The notes: generated by a model from the sequence alone, not told the origin. 64,000 nt of DNA from Candidatus Parcubacteria bacterium (GCA_027450205.1 DAIDJL010000005.1:251-64250); one strand, 5' to 3'. Counted from the stretch's first letter, positions 30,248-40,521 are shown. Program-made: numbers and translations.

Positions 30248-31459
30248 TTAGTGGATGCTGTCCGTGAGGTTGTATATGGGGATAAGAATTGAGGCGAAAA
30301 GAAGGCCCACCATAAGGCCGATGCCGATCATAAGCACCGGCTGGATGAGATCCACCAGATTATTGGTGATCTCGTTCGCTTCGCGGGTATAAATGCCGGA
30401 AAGGCGCATGAACATCTCCTCTATTTTTCCCGTCGTCTCCCCCACCGCCACCATCTGGGAAACAAGGGGCGGGAAGAACTGCGGATATTTTGCGATGCTC
30501 TGGGAAAGGAGCGATCCCTGGCGCACGTCTTCCGCAATATCGTGCACGACGTCACGGTACAGCGAATTCCCCACCATGTGCCCGATGATCTCCAGCGCCT
30601 GCGCGATGGGAATGCCGCCGTGCACCAGGAGCGCCGCCGAGTTGCCGAACCGCGCCATGATCACCGGCGAATATACTTTCTTTACGATCGGCAAGCGGAT
30701 CTTCGCCTCGTCCAGCAATGCCTGGCCTTCGTCCGTCTGGGAATAATTGATGCCCAACACGCCGAGTATGATGACGGCGACGATGACGGCGATCCACCAC
30801 GCATGCAGGAAATTCCCGGTATTCAGGAGCACCTGCGTGTACCACGGAAGCGCGACACCGTTTTGCGCAAACACGCTGCCGAGCGACGGATACACGAATG
30901 TGACAAGGATGAACGCGACGATGATGAACAGCCCGATGACGATGCCCGGATAGACGAGCGCGGATGCCGCCTTGCTTGCAAGATCGCCTTCCTTTTCCGT
31001 GTAGTCGGCAAGGAACGCCGCGACCTCGTTCAGGTTGCCGGTGACCTCCGCCGCGCGGATCATTTCAATATAGTAATCGGGGAACACCTTGCCCTGCCGT
31101 GCCATCGCCTGCGAGAAAGAAATGCCCGCGTCGATGTCTTCCGTCACCTGCGAGACGGCGCCTTTAAGGGTCTGGCTTGCGGTCTGTTCAAAAAGGATCT
31201 TGAGCGCGTTATTGAGCGGCAGCCGCGCCTCAAGCAACGTCGCCAGCTGGCGCGTGAAGACGATGAGGTCCTTGCGGCTTACGCGGTTGAAAAATCCCGC
31301 GATATTATCGAATGCGGTCGGCGGACGTACGGCGACGACGCTCAGCACGAAAAGGTCATGGCTCGAGAGGATCGCGCTCGCCGCATCGCGGTCCGATGCC
31401 TCCACAAATCCGACCTGCGCCGCCCCTTCTTTTGTTTTGGCCTGATACTTGAACTTCAT
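30248..31459 (-). CDS. pilC: type IV pilus inner-membrane platform protein (GspF/PilC family)
   Basis: There are two T2SSF repeats and three TM segments, with a typical LLxxGxPLxxAL motif (403 aa). Confidence 0.85.
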   Translation of the reverse strand: MKFKYQAKTKEGAAQVGFVEASDRDAASAILSSHDLFVLSVVAVRPPTAFDNIAGFFNRVSRKDLIVFTRQLATLLEARLPLNNALKILFEQTASQTLKGAVSQVTEDIDAGISFSQAMARQGKVFPDYYIEMIRAAEVTGNLNEVAAFLADYTEKEGDLASKAASALVYPGIVIGLFIIVAFILVTFVYPSLGSVFAQNGVALPWYTQVLLNTGNFLHAWWIAVIVAVIILGVLGINYSQTDEGQALLDEAKIRLPIVKKVYSPVIMARFGNSAALLVHGGIPIAQALEIIGHMVGNSLYRDVVHDIAEDVRQGSLLSQSIAKYPQFFPPLVSQMVAVGETTGKIEEMFMRLSGIYTREANEITNNLVDLIQPVLMIGIGLMVGLLFASILIPIYNLTDSIH

Positions 31460-31472
31460 AGGAATTTCACCT

Positions 31473-32546
31473 TTAGGTTCTTTCCAGCAAGATCCTCAGC
31501 TCGGCCGGGTTCAGCGAATACAGCTCCGCATTGTCCAACGTCACCTCTTTGTTCTTTATAAGATTCACCAGCGAGCGGTTGAGCGTGACCATTCCCTCCT
31601 GCAGGCTCGTTTCAATGACGAGATCGATCTGGTAGGTCTTCCGTTCGCGGATAAGGTTGCGGATGGCGGGATTGACGATCATGATCTCCATCGCCGGAAT
31701 GCGGCCGCCGGAGATGCGCGGGAGCAACCGGATGGAAACGATCGCCACGAGCGTGGCGGCGAGCTGGGACGTCACCTGCCCCTGCTGCTCGGCCGGGAAC
31801 GAATCGATGATGCGGTCGATCGTCTGCGCCGCGGAGTTGGTGTGCAGCGTGGATACCACGAGGTGGCCCGTCTCGGACGCGGTCATGGCCGTGCCGATGG
31901 ATACCGCGTCGCGCATCTCGCCGATCATCACGACGTCGGGGTCCTGGCGCAGCACCGTGCGGAGCGCGGCATGGAAGCTCGTCGTGTCGCTCCCCACCTC
32001 CCTTTGCGAGACGATGCATTTGTCCTGCGTGAAAAGATATTCCACCGGATCCTCGATGGTAATGATATGATCGGTGCGCGTGTGGTTGATCTCGTCTACG
32101 ATAGCCGCAAGCGTAGATGACTTGCCGTGCCCGGCGGGGCCCACCACAAGGACGAATCCCTGCGAGAGCTGGGCGAAATCATGGAGCAACGGCGGAAGAT
32201 TCAGCTCCTCTATGGTTTTGATGCGCGTGGGGATAAGGCGCAACGCCGCGGCGAGGTATCCGCGCTGGAAATATACGTTCACGCGGAAGCGCGCTTTTTC
32301 CTCGAAACTGTATGCAAAGTCGATCTGCCGCTGGGTGAGCAATTTTGCCTTCTGCTCCGGCGTGAGCATCTGCGATATGATCCCTTCCGCGGAATCCGGC
32401 GTCATAACCGGTTCTTTTTGGAGCGGCACAAGCACTCCGTCAATGCGCAACGTCGGGCGGCGCCCCACCGAAAGATGGAGGTCCGACGCATTTTGTTTCG
32501 CGGTCGTCGTCAGGAGATCATCCAACTGCTGTTTATATTCGTTCAT
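31473..32546 (-). CDS. pilT: twitching-motility retraction ATPase
   Basis: Walker A is VVGPAGHGKSSTLAA. It also has the Asp box, a Walker B (TIEDPVEY) and a His box, in a 357-aa PilT-size protein. Confidence 0.8.
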   Translation of the reverse strand: MNEYKQQLDDLLTTTAKQNASDLHLSVGRRPTLRIDGVLVPLQKEPVMTPDSAEGIISQMLTPEQKAKLLTQRQIDFAYSFEEKARFRVNVYFQRGYLAAALRLIPTRIKTIEELNLPPLLHDFAQLSQGFVLVVGPAGHGKSSTLAAIVDEINHTRTDHIITIEDPVEYLFTQDKCIVSQREVGSDTTSFHAALRTVLRQDPDVVMIGEMRDAVSIGTAMTASETGHLVVSTLHTNSAAQTIDRIIDSFPAEQQGQVTSQLAATLVAIVSIRLLPRISGGRIPAMEIMIVNPAIRNLIRERKTYQIDLVIETSLQEGMVTLNRSLVNLIKNKEVTLDNAELYSLNPAELRILLERT

Positions 32547-32653
32547 ATGTTCATATTACCACAACGAGGCAGCCAGGGAGAAGTATGGTACTGGAAAGGC
32601 ACGCCGTTCTTGGCGACATTTGCGTTTCCGGCATCGTGCTTCCCTCTCTTCGC

Positions 32654-34372
32654 CTACGAGTCGTCCGTCTCTCTGATGATCTCCTCCATGGAAACCCTTC
32701 CGCGGAGCGCTTTCACGGTGCCGTCCTGGCGGAGCGTGATCATCCCCTGCTTCCGCGCCTGCGCCGTGATCTTTTGCGTCGTGGCGCCTTCGTTGATGAT
32801 CGTCTCTATCTGCGGCGTCACGAGTAAAGCCTCGTAGATCCCCGTCCGGTCAACGATGCCGCGCCCCTTGCAGGTGGCACATCCTTTGGCATGGTAGATC
32901 TTATATGGCGCGGTGTATTGCGAAACGACCTCCGCGGGAAGTCCTTCGAGCGCCGCCTTGATGACCGCCTGCATTTCCGCCGGAGCTTCTTCCGGTTTCT
33001 TGCAGTCCGGGCACAGGACGCCCACGAGGCGCTGGGCGATGATCAGGTTGAGGGACACGGGCAGAAGGAACGGTTCCACCTTAAGGTCGATGAGGCGCGG
33101 GATGACGCCCGCCGCGTTGTTCGTGTGGAGCGTGGAAAGCACGACGTGTCCGGTAAGCGCGGCCTGTACCGCAAGTCCGGCGGTCTCGCCGTCGCGGATC
33201 TCGCCAACCATGATGATATCCGGGTCCTGGCGCAGGATCTGGCGGAGTCCCGATGCAAAGTCGTATCCGATCTCCGGCCGCACCTGCGACTGATTAATGC
33301 CGGCCACAAAATACTCCACCGGATCCTCGAGCGAGACGATGTTCACGTCCTCGGTGTTCAGCGATTGCAGGAATGCATAGAGCGTCGTGGTCTTACCGGA
33401 GCCGGTAGGGCCGGTGATGAGCACCATGCCGTACGGCTTTGCGAGACCCTTCTTGATCGTCGCGCGCGTGGGGTCAAGCAAGTCGAGGTTCTCGAAGCTC
33501 TTGAGGCCGGACGTGGGATCGAGCACGCGGATCACGATCTTTTCGCCGAGCGGCGTCGGGAACGTGGCGACGCGGAAATCGATATCGCGGTCGAAAAGCT
33601 TTGCGCGGAAGCGGCCGTCCTGCGGAATACGCGTCTCGTCGATCTTAAGATTGGATATCACTTTGACGCGCGAGGTGATCGGCTGGGCAAGTTCCTGCGG
33701 CAACGACGCCACTTCCTGCAGATCGCCCTGGATGCGGAAGCGGATACGCAGCGTCTTCTGCTGCGGTTCGATATGCACATCCGACGCTTTGTTCATCACC
33801 GCTTCTTTGAATGTGTCCGCGACGATCTTGATGATCGGCGCATCCGCGCTGTCTCCGCCTTCAAGCTCGATCACCTGCTGGCCGCCCGAACCCTCCTTGA
33901 CGTTCAACGACCGCACCGCCGCCGCGACCTCCGCGCGATACGGGGAATATTTTCGCAATGCCGCCTGAAGATCTTCGTATGAAATGAGATAGACGCCGAG
34001 ATTGAAATGGTTCTGCCGCGCGATGAACTTCAGCGCATCCTGCGCTTTCGTATCGTCGGGATGCAGCATGCCGACGATAAGCAGCCCATCCTGCATGCTG
34101 ATAGGAACAGCATGATACGTCCGCGCGGTCTCCTCGGGAACGATTCCCATAAGCTGTTCGGTGAGCGCCTCCGGATCTATTTTTTTATACGGCACCTTGA
34201 GCAGCTCGCTCTTCAGCGCCGCCACCTGCTCGTCGGGAACGATCCGCTCCCTCCCGATAATGTCTTCGGGCGACTCGCCGCTTACGATCGCGTCGCGCTT
34301 AAGACGCGTCGCGATCGCGTCGGTGATCATCCCGCGCGCCTGAAGTTGCTGCAGTAGTTCGTCGCTGGTCAT
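32654..34372 (-). CDS. pilB: type IV pilus assembly ATPase (GspE/PilB family)
   Basis: Walker A is GPTGSGKTTTLYAFL. The C-terminal tetracysteine is CPDCK...CATCKG. It has an N1 domain. Confidence 0.85.
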   Translation of the reverse strand: MTSDELLQQLQARGMITDAIATRLKRDAIVSGESPEDIIGRERIVPDEQVAALKSELLKVPYKKIDPEALTEQLMGIVPEETARTYHAVPISMQDGLLIVGMLHPDDTKAQDALKFIARQNHFNLGVYLISYEDLQAALRKYSPYRAEVAAAVRSLNVKEGSGGQQVIELEGGDSADAPIIKIVADTFKEAVMNKASDVHIEPQQKTLRIRFRIQGDLQEVASLPQELAQPITSRVKVISNLKIDETRIPQDGRFRAKLFDRDIDFRVATFPTPLGEKIVIRVLDPTSGLKSFENLDLLDPTRATIKKGLAKPYGMVLITGPTGSGKTTTLYAFLQSLNTEDVNIVSLEDPVEYFVAGINQSQVRPEIGYDFASGLRQILRQDPDIIMVGEIRDGETAGLAVQAALTGHVVLSTLHTNNAAGVIPRLIDLKVEPFLLPVSLNLIIAQRLVGVLCPDCKKPEEAPAEMQAVIKAALEGLPAEVVSQYTAPYKIYHAKGCATCKGRGIVDRTGIYEALLVTPQIETIINEGATTQKITAQARKQGMITLRQDGTVKALRGRVSMEEIIRETDDS

Positions 34373-34390
34373 ACTGTATTCTATATACTA

Positions 34391-34690
34391 TTACGGTGCG
34401 ATGAACGGGTTCGGCCGCCCCACTGCCGCAGGGCCCTGCGGCGTCGGCAGCGTGACTGTGGATTTCAGCACCGCGAATGCCGGACTTTGTATCACCGTCT
34501 CCGGATGCAATGACAGCTGCGTGATGGGAGCGATGGTGCTCAGGCTGCCGGTTGAAGGGATGGCCACCAGCTCCGGCTGGGCAAAAAATACATAGTAGAT
34601 GGCGGCGCCGGCGATGCCCAAAAACACCAGCCATCCGATGACGCCCAGGAGATTCGTCTTTTTTTCCCCTTCTTCAACGATGATTGCCAT
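34391..34690 (-). CDS. small single-pass membrane protein (pilus-operon associated)
   Basis: A 99-aa protein with a TM helix (LLGVIGWLVFLGIAGAAIYYVFF), located between pilB and pilO-like genes. Confidence 0.35.
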   Translation of the reverse strand: MAIIVEEGEKKTNLLGVIGWLVFLGIAGAAIYYVFFAQPELVAIPSTGSLSTIAPITQLSLHPETVIQSPAFAVLKSTVTLPTPQGPAAVGRPNPFIAP

Positions 34691-34701
34691 AGTATTTTTT
34701 A

Positions 34702-35334
34702 TTACGGTGCCTGATAGTACGTTACGACCGTTACGGTAAAGGTGAACATGTCCTGGTTTGCCGCCTGCCCTTTCACGGTAACGGTCGCGGCGGGCTGGAG
34801 CGATGCAGCGGTGACATCCAGAATCCTGATGTTCGTCTCAAGCCCCTGGAGGAAAAGCTTGAACGCCTCGTAGCTTCCCGATCCGGTGACTTGGAATGAG
34901 ACCGTGCCGGTGGGCTTGATGACCGACCCCGCCGCCGCCGCACTCCCTATCTGGCTGCCGCTGGCAGGCGCCGGCGGCATGGCCGTCTGCAGCGCCTGGA
35001 TCGCGATCGACGTTCCCTGTATCGCAACGCCCGCATTCGCCGCAATGCCGTATATCTGCGCCAATGCCCCCGATACGTCCGGACCCACCGGCAAAGCCAA
35101 TGTCACCGCCTGGCTTGACGATGCATCGCTTTGGTACGCGGCAAGCAAGCTCTTCCCCTTACTCACGATCTGATTCTCGTTATTGTAGAGCGTCGCTTCG
35201 CTTTCTTGCTGCCCCTTGATGGTCTCAAGGTTCGCGTAGGCCGGCACGATAAATTCAAAGTAGACCACCAACGCCGCGGCAATGATAAGTGCCGCGATGA
35301 TAAGACTGGATAAGCGTTTGGTTTCTTGTTTCAT
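34702..35334 (-). CDS. PilO-like pilus assembly protein
   Basis: An N-terminal TM is followed by a coiled region and an Ala/Gly-rich periplasmic domain. Its position after the pilN-like gene supports the call. Confidence 0.4.
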   Translation of the reverse strand: MKQETKRLSSLIIAALIIAAALVVYFEFIVPAYANLETIKGQQESEATLYNNENQIVSKGKSLLAAYQSDASSSQAVTLALPVGPDVSGALAQIYGIAANAGVAIQGTSIAIQALQTAMPPAPASGSQIGSAAAAGSVIKPTGTVSFQVTGSGSYEAFKLFLQGLETNIRILDVTAASLQPAATVTVKGQAANQDMFTFTVTVVTYYQAP

Positions 35335-35338
35335 AGTA

Positions 35339-35902
35339 TTATTTGCCGGACACCCCGAATACCGAGGGGTTCATGATCAGCGTCGCGCTGAAATCCCATC
35401 CGCTGCCGGAAAGCTGCGGAGCCGTCACGTTGGATACCGTCACCGCTGAGACCTGGGGGGAATTTTCAAATATGGCAACCTGCTGGTTCACATCAGCTTC
35501 GGACTTTGCCACGCCGGAAAGCGTGATGCGGCCACCGGCCGCAAGCGTGAATGATTGATAATAGACGTTCGCCTCGGTGTTCTGTTCAAGCCATGAGAAA
35601 AACTGGGAAGTGAGCACATGGTTCTTCAACAGTGCCTGAAGGTTCGATATCTGCGAATAAAAATCTATCAGCTGGGATTGTTCGCCCGTGGAAATGGAAT
35701 TGTCCAGCGCACTCACCTTGTTTTGCGCATCGGTAAGCTGCGATTGCAGATATGGCGCATAGCCGAACGAGAGCCCGGCATAGATCACGATGGAAAGAAA
35801 AAGGATGCCGCCGGAAAAAAGCAGGGCGCCGACGGCCCACCCTTCCGTCCCGGACGACGGATCCCTGCCCAATTGTTCTATTACTTTTTCTGGAAGTGGC
35901 AT
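35339..35902 (-). CDS. PilN-like pilus assembly protein
   Basis: Single TM (GALLFSGGILFLSIVIYAGL) followed by a periplasmic domain, immediately downstream of pilM. Confidence 0.45.
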   Translation of the reverse strand: MPLPEKVIEQLGRDPSSGTEGWAVGALLFSGGILFLSIVIYAGLSFGYAPYLQSQLTDAQNKVSALDNSISTGEQSQLIDFYSQISNLQALLKNHVLTSQFFSWLEQNTEANVYYQSFTLAAGGRITLSGVAKSEADVNQQVAIFENSPQVSAVTVSNVTAPQLSGSGWDFSATLIMNPSVFGVSGK

Positions 35903-35931
35903 TGGCTGGTTGCTGATTATTGGAAACCTGG

Positions 35932-37014
35932 CTACCTGGCGAATTGCTTCATGCCGAGACCGAGCGCCACCGTCATCGGAGCTCCAAGTTCCGGAATGAA
36001 CGGACCGATCTCGTCGGGAACCTCGAACCGTGAAAAGGGCGTCGCCTTTACCACCGGAATGCCGAAATCCCTCTCAAAATATTTTTCGATACCGGACAAG
36101 TTGGCGCCGCCGCCGGCGAGGACGACGCGTTCCGTCTTTGCCGCCGTAGGAAATTGCTGGCGATAAGTATACTCCGCCTTCTTTACCTCATTAACTATAG
36201 CATCCAAAAACGGCATCATTATTGTGGATAACTCGTAGTTTGGCCCGGTGCCCAGGATCCCCCGCTGCTTCTTGAGCTCTTCGGCGCGCATGGGATTGAT
36301 CCCAAGACTCGTCGCGAGCGCCTGAGTGAGCGATGCCGCGGCAATATCGCTCTGCGCACTCCACACGAGCACGCCTTTTTCCATGAAAATGATGTTCGTG
36401 GACCTGGAGCCGATATCCACGATGGTCGTCGCGGTCGGATCGCCGGCGAAAATGCGCGCAATGGAGAGCGATTCTATCTCGAGCGCGCGCAGGCGCAATC
36501 CCGCTGCCTGGAACATATGCTGATATTTCTTTATCTGCTCCTGCGGAACGGAGATCAGCAAGATCTTCTGGTGTGCGAATCCTTTGTCATCCACGTAATC
36601 CGCGACCCTCATCCAATCGAGCGCAACCTCGCTGAGCGGCATGGGAACATATTGCTTGGCCTGGTACACGAGCGCCTTGGCAATCTCCTTTTCCTCCATG
36701 GCGGGAAAATCCACAAGCGTCATGAACACGTCGAATGGAGGCAGTGACGCGATGGCGTCCTTCGTCGTCGTGCCAAGTTCACGGATGAGCGCCTTCAACA
36801 GCGCCACCGCATCCTTTTCAAATATTTTAAGGCCGCTCGTTTGCAGCGCCTGATTGGCCCGCGTAAGATACCCGCTCGATTCAAGGAAGCCGTAATTGGT
36901 GACGCGCGGCGCCTTTTTGCCGGCTTTCACCTCCACCATCTTGATGGAGGTCGTACCGATATCAACGCCGAGATACGCATCGGTCGGGAAAAATGAAGAA
37001 AATGGGTTGTTCAT
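35932..37014 (-). CDS. pilM: type IV pilus assembly ATPase-fold protein
   Basis: The actin-like fold N-terminus is YLGVDIGTTSIKMVEVK. The size of 360 aa fits PilM. Confidence 0.75.
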   Translation of the reverse strand: MNNPFSSFFPTDAYLGVDIGTTSIKMVEVKAGKKAPRVTNYGFLESSGYLTRANQALQTSGLKIFEKDAVALLKALIRELGTTTKDAIASLPPFDVFMTLVDFPAMEEKEIAKALVYQAKQYVPMPLSEVALDWMRVADYVDDKGFAHQKILLISVPQEQIKKYQHMFQAAGLRLRALEIESLSIARIFAGDPTATTIVDIGSRSTNIIFMEKGVLVWSAQSDIAAASLTQALATSLGINPMRAEELKKQRGILGTGPNYELSTIMMPFLDAIVNEVKKAEYTYRQQFPTAAKTERVVLAGGGANLSGIEKYFERDFGIPVVKATPFSRFEVPDEIGPFIPELGAPMTVALGLGMKQFAR

Positions 37015-37075
37015 GAAAAAGCTGATGACCTTCCGCTTAAGATCTTTTTAATGCACGTTATTCTACTATAATAGC

Positions 37076-37762
37076 ATGAATTTCAACTTCTTCGGAGACG
37101 TTTTTTTCCCGCCGGCGTGCGTCGCCTGCGGCGATTCCATCCCCGGCGGCATCATTTGCGATGCATGCAAAAACAGCATCGATGGATTTGACACCCTTTT
37201 CTGCGGCATCTGCGCGGCGCGGCTTCCCGACCAAAAGAAGATCTGCCATACGGACGCGCCGTTCCTGTTGGGCGCCGCCGCGGCATACGACGGCAACGCG
37301 CTTCGCGCGCTCATTCACGCGCTCAAGTTCCAGGGGATCGCCGCGGCGGCGGAACCGCTCGCCGCACTCCTCGTCCGCTACGTTGCGCGCATCCATCTCT
37401 CCCTCGACGGATTCACCGTGACGCCGCTGCCGCTCTCGCCGCAACGGGCGCGGGCACGCGGATTCAATCAGTCCGCGCTCATCGCGCGCCCCTTCGCGGC
37501 GGCAGCCGGGCTCCCGTTCGAAGAACGCCTGCTTGCGCGCGTCCAGCATCGCAAACCCCAAAGCGACACCGAAGATATCTTCGAGCGCCGTGAAAATATC
37601 AAAGGGTGCTTTGCCCCCGCGCCCGGCGCCGCGATCGCCGGCAAAAAAATCGTCCTCATGGACGACGTTACCACTTCCGGCACCACCTTTACCGAGGCCG
37701 CGCGCGTCCTCAGGCGCGCGGGCGCCAAAAAAATAATCGCCCTCGCGGCGGCGAAGGCGTAA
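37076..37762 (+). CDS. comFC: ComF family protein (Zn-finger + phosphoribosyltransferase)
   Basis: The N-terminal Cys pairs are CVACGD...CDAC...CGIC. The PRTase motif is KKIVLMDDVTTSGTTF. Confidence 0.75.
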   Translation: MNFNFFGDVFFPPACVACGDSIPGGIICDACKNSIDGFDTLFCGICAARLPDQKKICHTDAPFLLGAAAAYDGNALRALIHALKFQGIAAAAEPLAALLVRYVARIHLSLDGFTVTPLPLSPQRARARGFNQSALIARPFAAAAGLPFEERLLARVQHRKPQSDTEDIFERRENIKGCFAPAPGAAIAGKKIVLMDDVTTSGTTFTEAARVLRRAGAKKIIALAAAKA

Positions 37763-37780
37763 GCAGGATGATATGCCGCG

Positions 37781-38581
37781 CTACTGCGGGAGGATCTTGC
37801 TGATCAACGTGCTCACAGTGAAGAACCCCTGATAGGCATCCGACAGCGAACCAAGCGATTGCTTGATAAGCGCGAGCGACTGGTCCGGCGAAAGATTCTG
37901 CATGAGCGCCGCCTTCGCCGCAGCATTTTCATTTTCCGCATCGTTGAATGACGCCTGCGCACCGTCGAACGCGGCCTGGAGATCGGCATTCGGCGAAGCG
38001 CTTTCAAGGAACGACACCGCGCGCTCCGTCTGCGTCATCCGCGCCTGCGCCGTATCAAAAAGATCCTGGTTCTGCGCCCACAGGATAAAATTGTTCACGT
38101 TCTCGCTGAGCGGGAGAAATGTTCCCTGCCGCCACGCAAGCATTTCCCGCGCGATGGCCTCGCTGCCGGCGATGCCGACGACATTCAGCTTTGCCGATTC
38201 CGAATCATAAAATCCCGCCGCTTCTCCGAGTCTTCCCAGTAGCTGCGACTGCAGCGGTTGGGCATCGCCCGGAACGGTGGTGCTCGCCAGGTTCGCCCGG
38301 AACGTCTGTACTTCCTGCTGGGCGCAGGAGATCGTCTTGCCAACCAGCTGCTTGCGCAATGCAAGTTCCTGTTTTATTTCGTCGGCATAGCTCAGCGTCG
38401 GATCGTTCTGGATCGCCGATATTTTTGCGATGTCCGTGGTGGTGATGCCGCACTCGGCCGCATGCGCGACCGGGGCGCGAAAGAATCCGGAAACAAAAAC
38501 CACGCCTGCGACGGCAAGCAGGATGCTTGAGGGCAACAGGATGGAAGATGCGCCCGTGGCGAATGCCTTTAGATGTTTCAT
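37781..38581 (-). CDS. secreted hypothetical protein
   Basis: The start was moved to MKHLKAFATGASSILLPSSILLAVAGVVFVSG (signal). The 80-aa Arg/Pro-rich N-extension in the track is rejected. Confidence 0.4.
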   Translation of the reverse strand: MKHLKAFATGASSILLPSSILLAVAGVVFVSGFFRAPVAHAAECGITTTDIAKISAIQNDPTLSYADEIKQELALRKQLVGKTISCAQQEVQTFRANLASTTVPGDAQPLQSQLLGRLGEAAGFYDSESAKLNVVGIAGSEAIAREMLAWRQGTFLPLSENVNNFILWAQNQDLFDTAQARMTQTERAVSFLESASPNADLQAAFDGAQASFNDAENENAAAKAALMQNLSPDQSLALIKQSLGSLSDAYQGFFTVSTLISKILPQ

Positions 38582-38603
38582 CTTATAGGCGGTCAATGAA
38601 AAT

Positions 38604-39140
38604 TTAATGTGAAAGCTGCTGGAGCGCCTGGTCGACGGAGAGCGTGGTGGAGGCGGTGGTCGACGCGGTCGATGTCGATCCATCGGTGCCTGCGGCCGTC
38701 GTGGAAGCGGATGAGGTTGCCTGCACGCCGAGCGCGGCGGCGAAAACTTTGGTGAGCGCCGCAGGCGATGCGGCGACCGATCCCATCGCGGCAGTGGATG
38801 CCACCTGCGGATATTCAATATCCGCAAGCTGGATCTGCATATCGATCGCCTGCGCCTCCGCGTGCAATCCCTGCGGATCGATCACCGAATATTGGATGGG
38901 CGCAATGGAACTTGCCGGAGCAAAACCGTTCGTCAAAATAAGTATGAAAAATCCGGCGAGGGCGACGGCGGCCCCCGTTTCAAGCAGATGCAAAAAGGCG
39001 AACACCCCGCGCATCGTCATCCGCTCGCTTCGCGGAGAGAGCAAAATCTCCCGCTTGGAGCGCTGCGAAAATTGAGCGTCGGGCTCGATATTCCTGAATT
39101 GTTTAAGAATGTCAGATAATTTCATCGTCGTTGCTTTCAT
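38604..39140 (-). CDS. putative anti-sigma factor (membrane protein)
   Basis: Immediately downstream of, and overlapping, the ECF sigma gene. It has a single TM (VFAFLHLLETGAAVALAGFFILIL). Confidence 0.4.
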   Translation of the reverse strand: MKATTMKLSDILKQFRNIEPDAQFSQRSKREILLSPRSERMTMRGVFAFLHLLETGAAVALAGFFILILTNGFAPASSIAPIQYSVIDPQGLHAEAQAIDMQIQLADIEYPQVASTAAMGSVAASPAALTKVFAAALGVQATSSASTTAAGTDGSTSTASTTASTTLSVDQALQQLSH

Positions 39141-39675
39141 CACCCAGTTTCTTTTTTAACTCCCTGACGGCGCGATGCTGGGCAAGCTTCACTGCGCCTT
39201 CGGATTTTTTGAGGATCGCCGCGGCTTCCTTGAGCGGCAGATCTTCGATGAACCGCAGGATGATCACATCCTGATAGTCCGGCTTGAGCTCGGCGATCGC
39301 ACGATGCACATTCTCAAGCTGCATTTTTGTTGCGAGGTCGAACTGCGCGGCGGCGGGAATAATGGATGACTCCGGGTCAAGCTTGTCGAGACTCACATCG
39401 TCCTTCTTTGAACGATAGTGGTCGATCACCATGTTCCGCGCGATCTGGTAGAGCCAGCTCGAGAACGGATGCCCGCGGTGCCGGTAAGTGCGCACCTTCT
39501 GCCAGGCGGACAAAAACACGTGATGGGTGATATCCTCGGCTTCCTCACGGCTGCCGACCTTGACCACGATAAAACGGTAAATTGCCGGTTGATAGCGGTC
39601 ATAGAGAGAGCCAAAAGCCGAGGAATCGCCCCCGACGGCTGACCGAATGAGTTTTTCTTCCTCACCGTCTATCAT
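39112..39675 (-). CDS. ECF-type RNA polymerase sigma-70 factor
   Basis: Sigma region 2 (YQPAIYRFIVVKV...ITHHVFLSAWQKVRTY...FSSWLYQIARNMVIDHYR) and region 4 (IILRFIEDLPLKEAAAIL) are present. The track TTG start was moved to ATG. Confidence 0.75.
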   Translation of the reverse strand: MIDGEEEKLIRSAVGGDSSAFGSLYDRYQPAIYRFIVVKVGSREEAEDITHHVFLSAWQKVRTYRHRGHPFSSWLYQIARNMVIDHYRSKKDDVSLDKLDPESSIIPAAAQFDLATKMQLENVHRAIAELKPDYQDVIILRFIEDLPLKEAAAILKKSEGAVKLAQHRAVRELKKKLGDESNDDEII

Positions 39676-39840
39676 GTACAACGTGAATTATGTGGATAAG
39701 TTACTCGTCTCTAGCAAAAATGCCCCACACAACATAGGGCACTCTTTATACGTTCAGTATAGCTCTTTGGGGTCGGGCAGGCAAAGCAGGGAGACCTTTT
39801 CTTTGCCTGCCCGCCGCCGCTCCCCTATACTATAGAAACT

Positions 39841-40521
39841 ATGCCTGGAAAATTCATTGTTATAGAGGGGCCGGACGGGTCGGGAAAAAGCGAGCAATTA
39901 AAAAGACTTATCGCAAGGATTCCTTCGGGAACCATGGCGCATGCTATCCACTTTCCGCAATACGAAGAGCCCTCTTCCTATTTTGTACGGGAGTATCTTG
40001 CGGGAAATTACGGAACGCTCGATGTCATGGGCCCTTATGAAACGTCTCTTTTTTATGCGATGGACCGCTATGACGCAAGCGTAAAGCGCCTGATCCCGTG
40101 GCTTCTCGCAAATGAAACGATCATCCTTGACCGCTTCGTCGGTTCGAACATGGGCCATCAGGGATCGAAATTAGAAGATAAAAACGAACGGATACGATTT
40201 TTTAAATGGCTTTATGACCTTGAATACGGGATATTGAAGATCCCCAAGCCGGATCTGAACATCATCCTGCACATGCCGGCGGAACTGTCGCTTGAGCTCA
40301 GGAAAAAAAGGGCGGCCCGGGAAACAGCGCCGCTAAAAAAAGATATTCACGAAGCGGATCTGCCCCATCTTCAAAGAACGGAAAAGATATACCTTGAGAT
40401 CGCGGAGTTGTTCCCCGACGATTTTACCGTCGTGGAATGCGTGGAGAACGGCCAGCTGCTTTCCATCGACGCGGTGCACGAAAAAGTGTGGGCGATCGCA
40501 TCTAAAACGCTCGGGCTGTAA
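39841..40521 (+). CDS. tmk: thymidylate kinase
   Basis: The P-loop is FIVIEGPDGSGKSEQ and the DRF-like motif is ILDRF. Confidence 0.85.
   Translation: MPGKFIVIEGPDGSGKSEQLKRLIARIPSGTMAHAIHFPQYEEPSSYFVREYLAGNYGTLDVMGPYETSLFYAMDRYDASVKRLIPWLLANETIILDRFVGSNMGHQGSKLEDKNERIRFFKWLYDLEYGILKIPKPDLNIILHMPAELSLELRKKRAARETAPLKKDIHEADLPHLQRTEKIYLEIAELFPDDFTVVECVENGQLLSIDAVHEKVWAIASKTLGL

Noticed and set aside
30542-31561. 339-aa plus-strand ORF
   Set aside because: Antisense to pilC.
32891-33982. 363-aa plus-strand ORF
   Set aside because: Antisense to pilB, Arg-rich.
38582-38827. N-terminal 82-aa extension of ORF 37781..38827 (MRILNIRRWHPLPRWDRSP...)
   Set aside because: Pro/Arg-rich nonsense preceding a perfect signal peptide that begins at an ATG. 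The start was moved to 38581.
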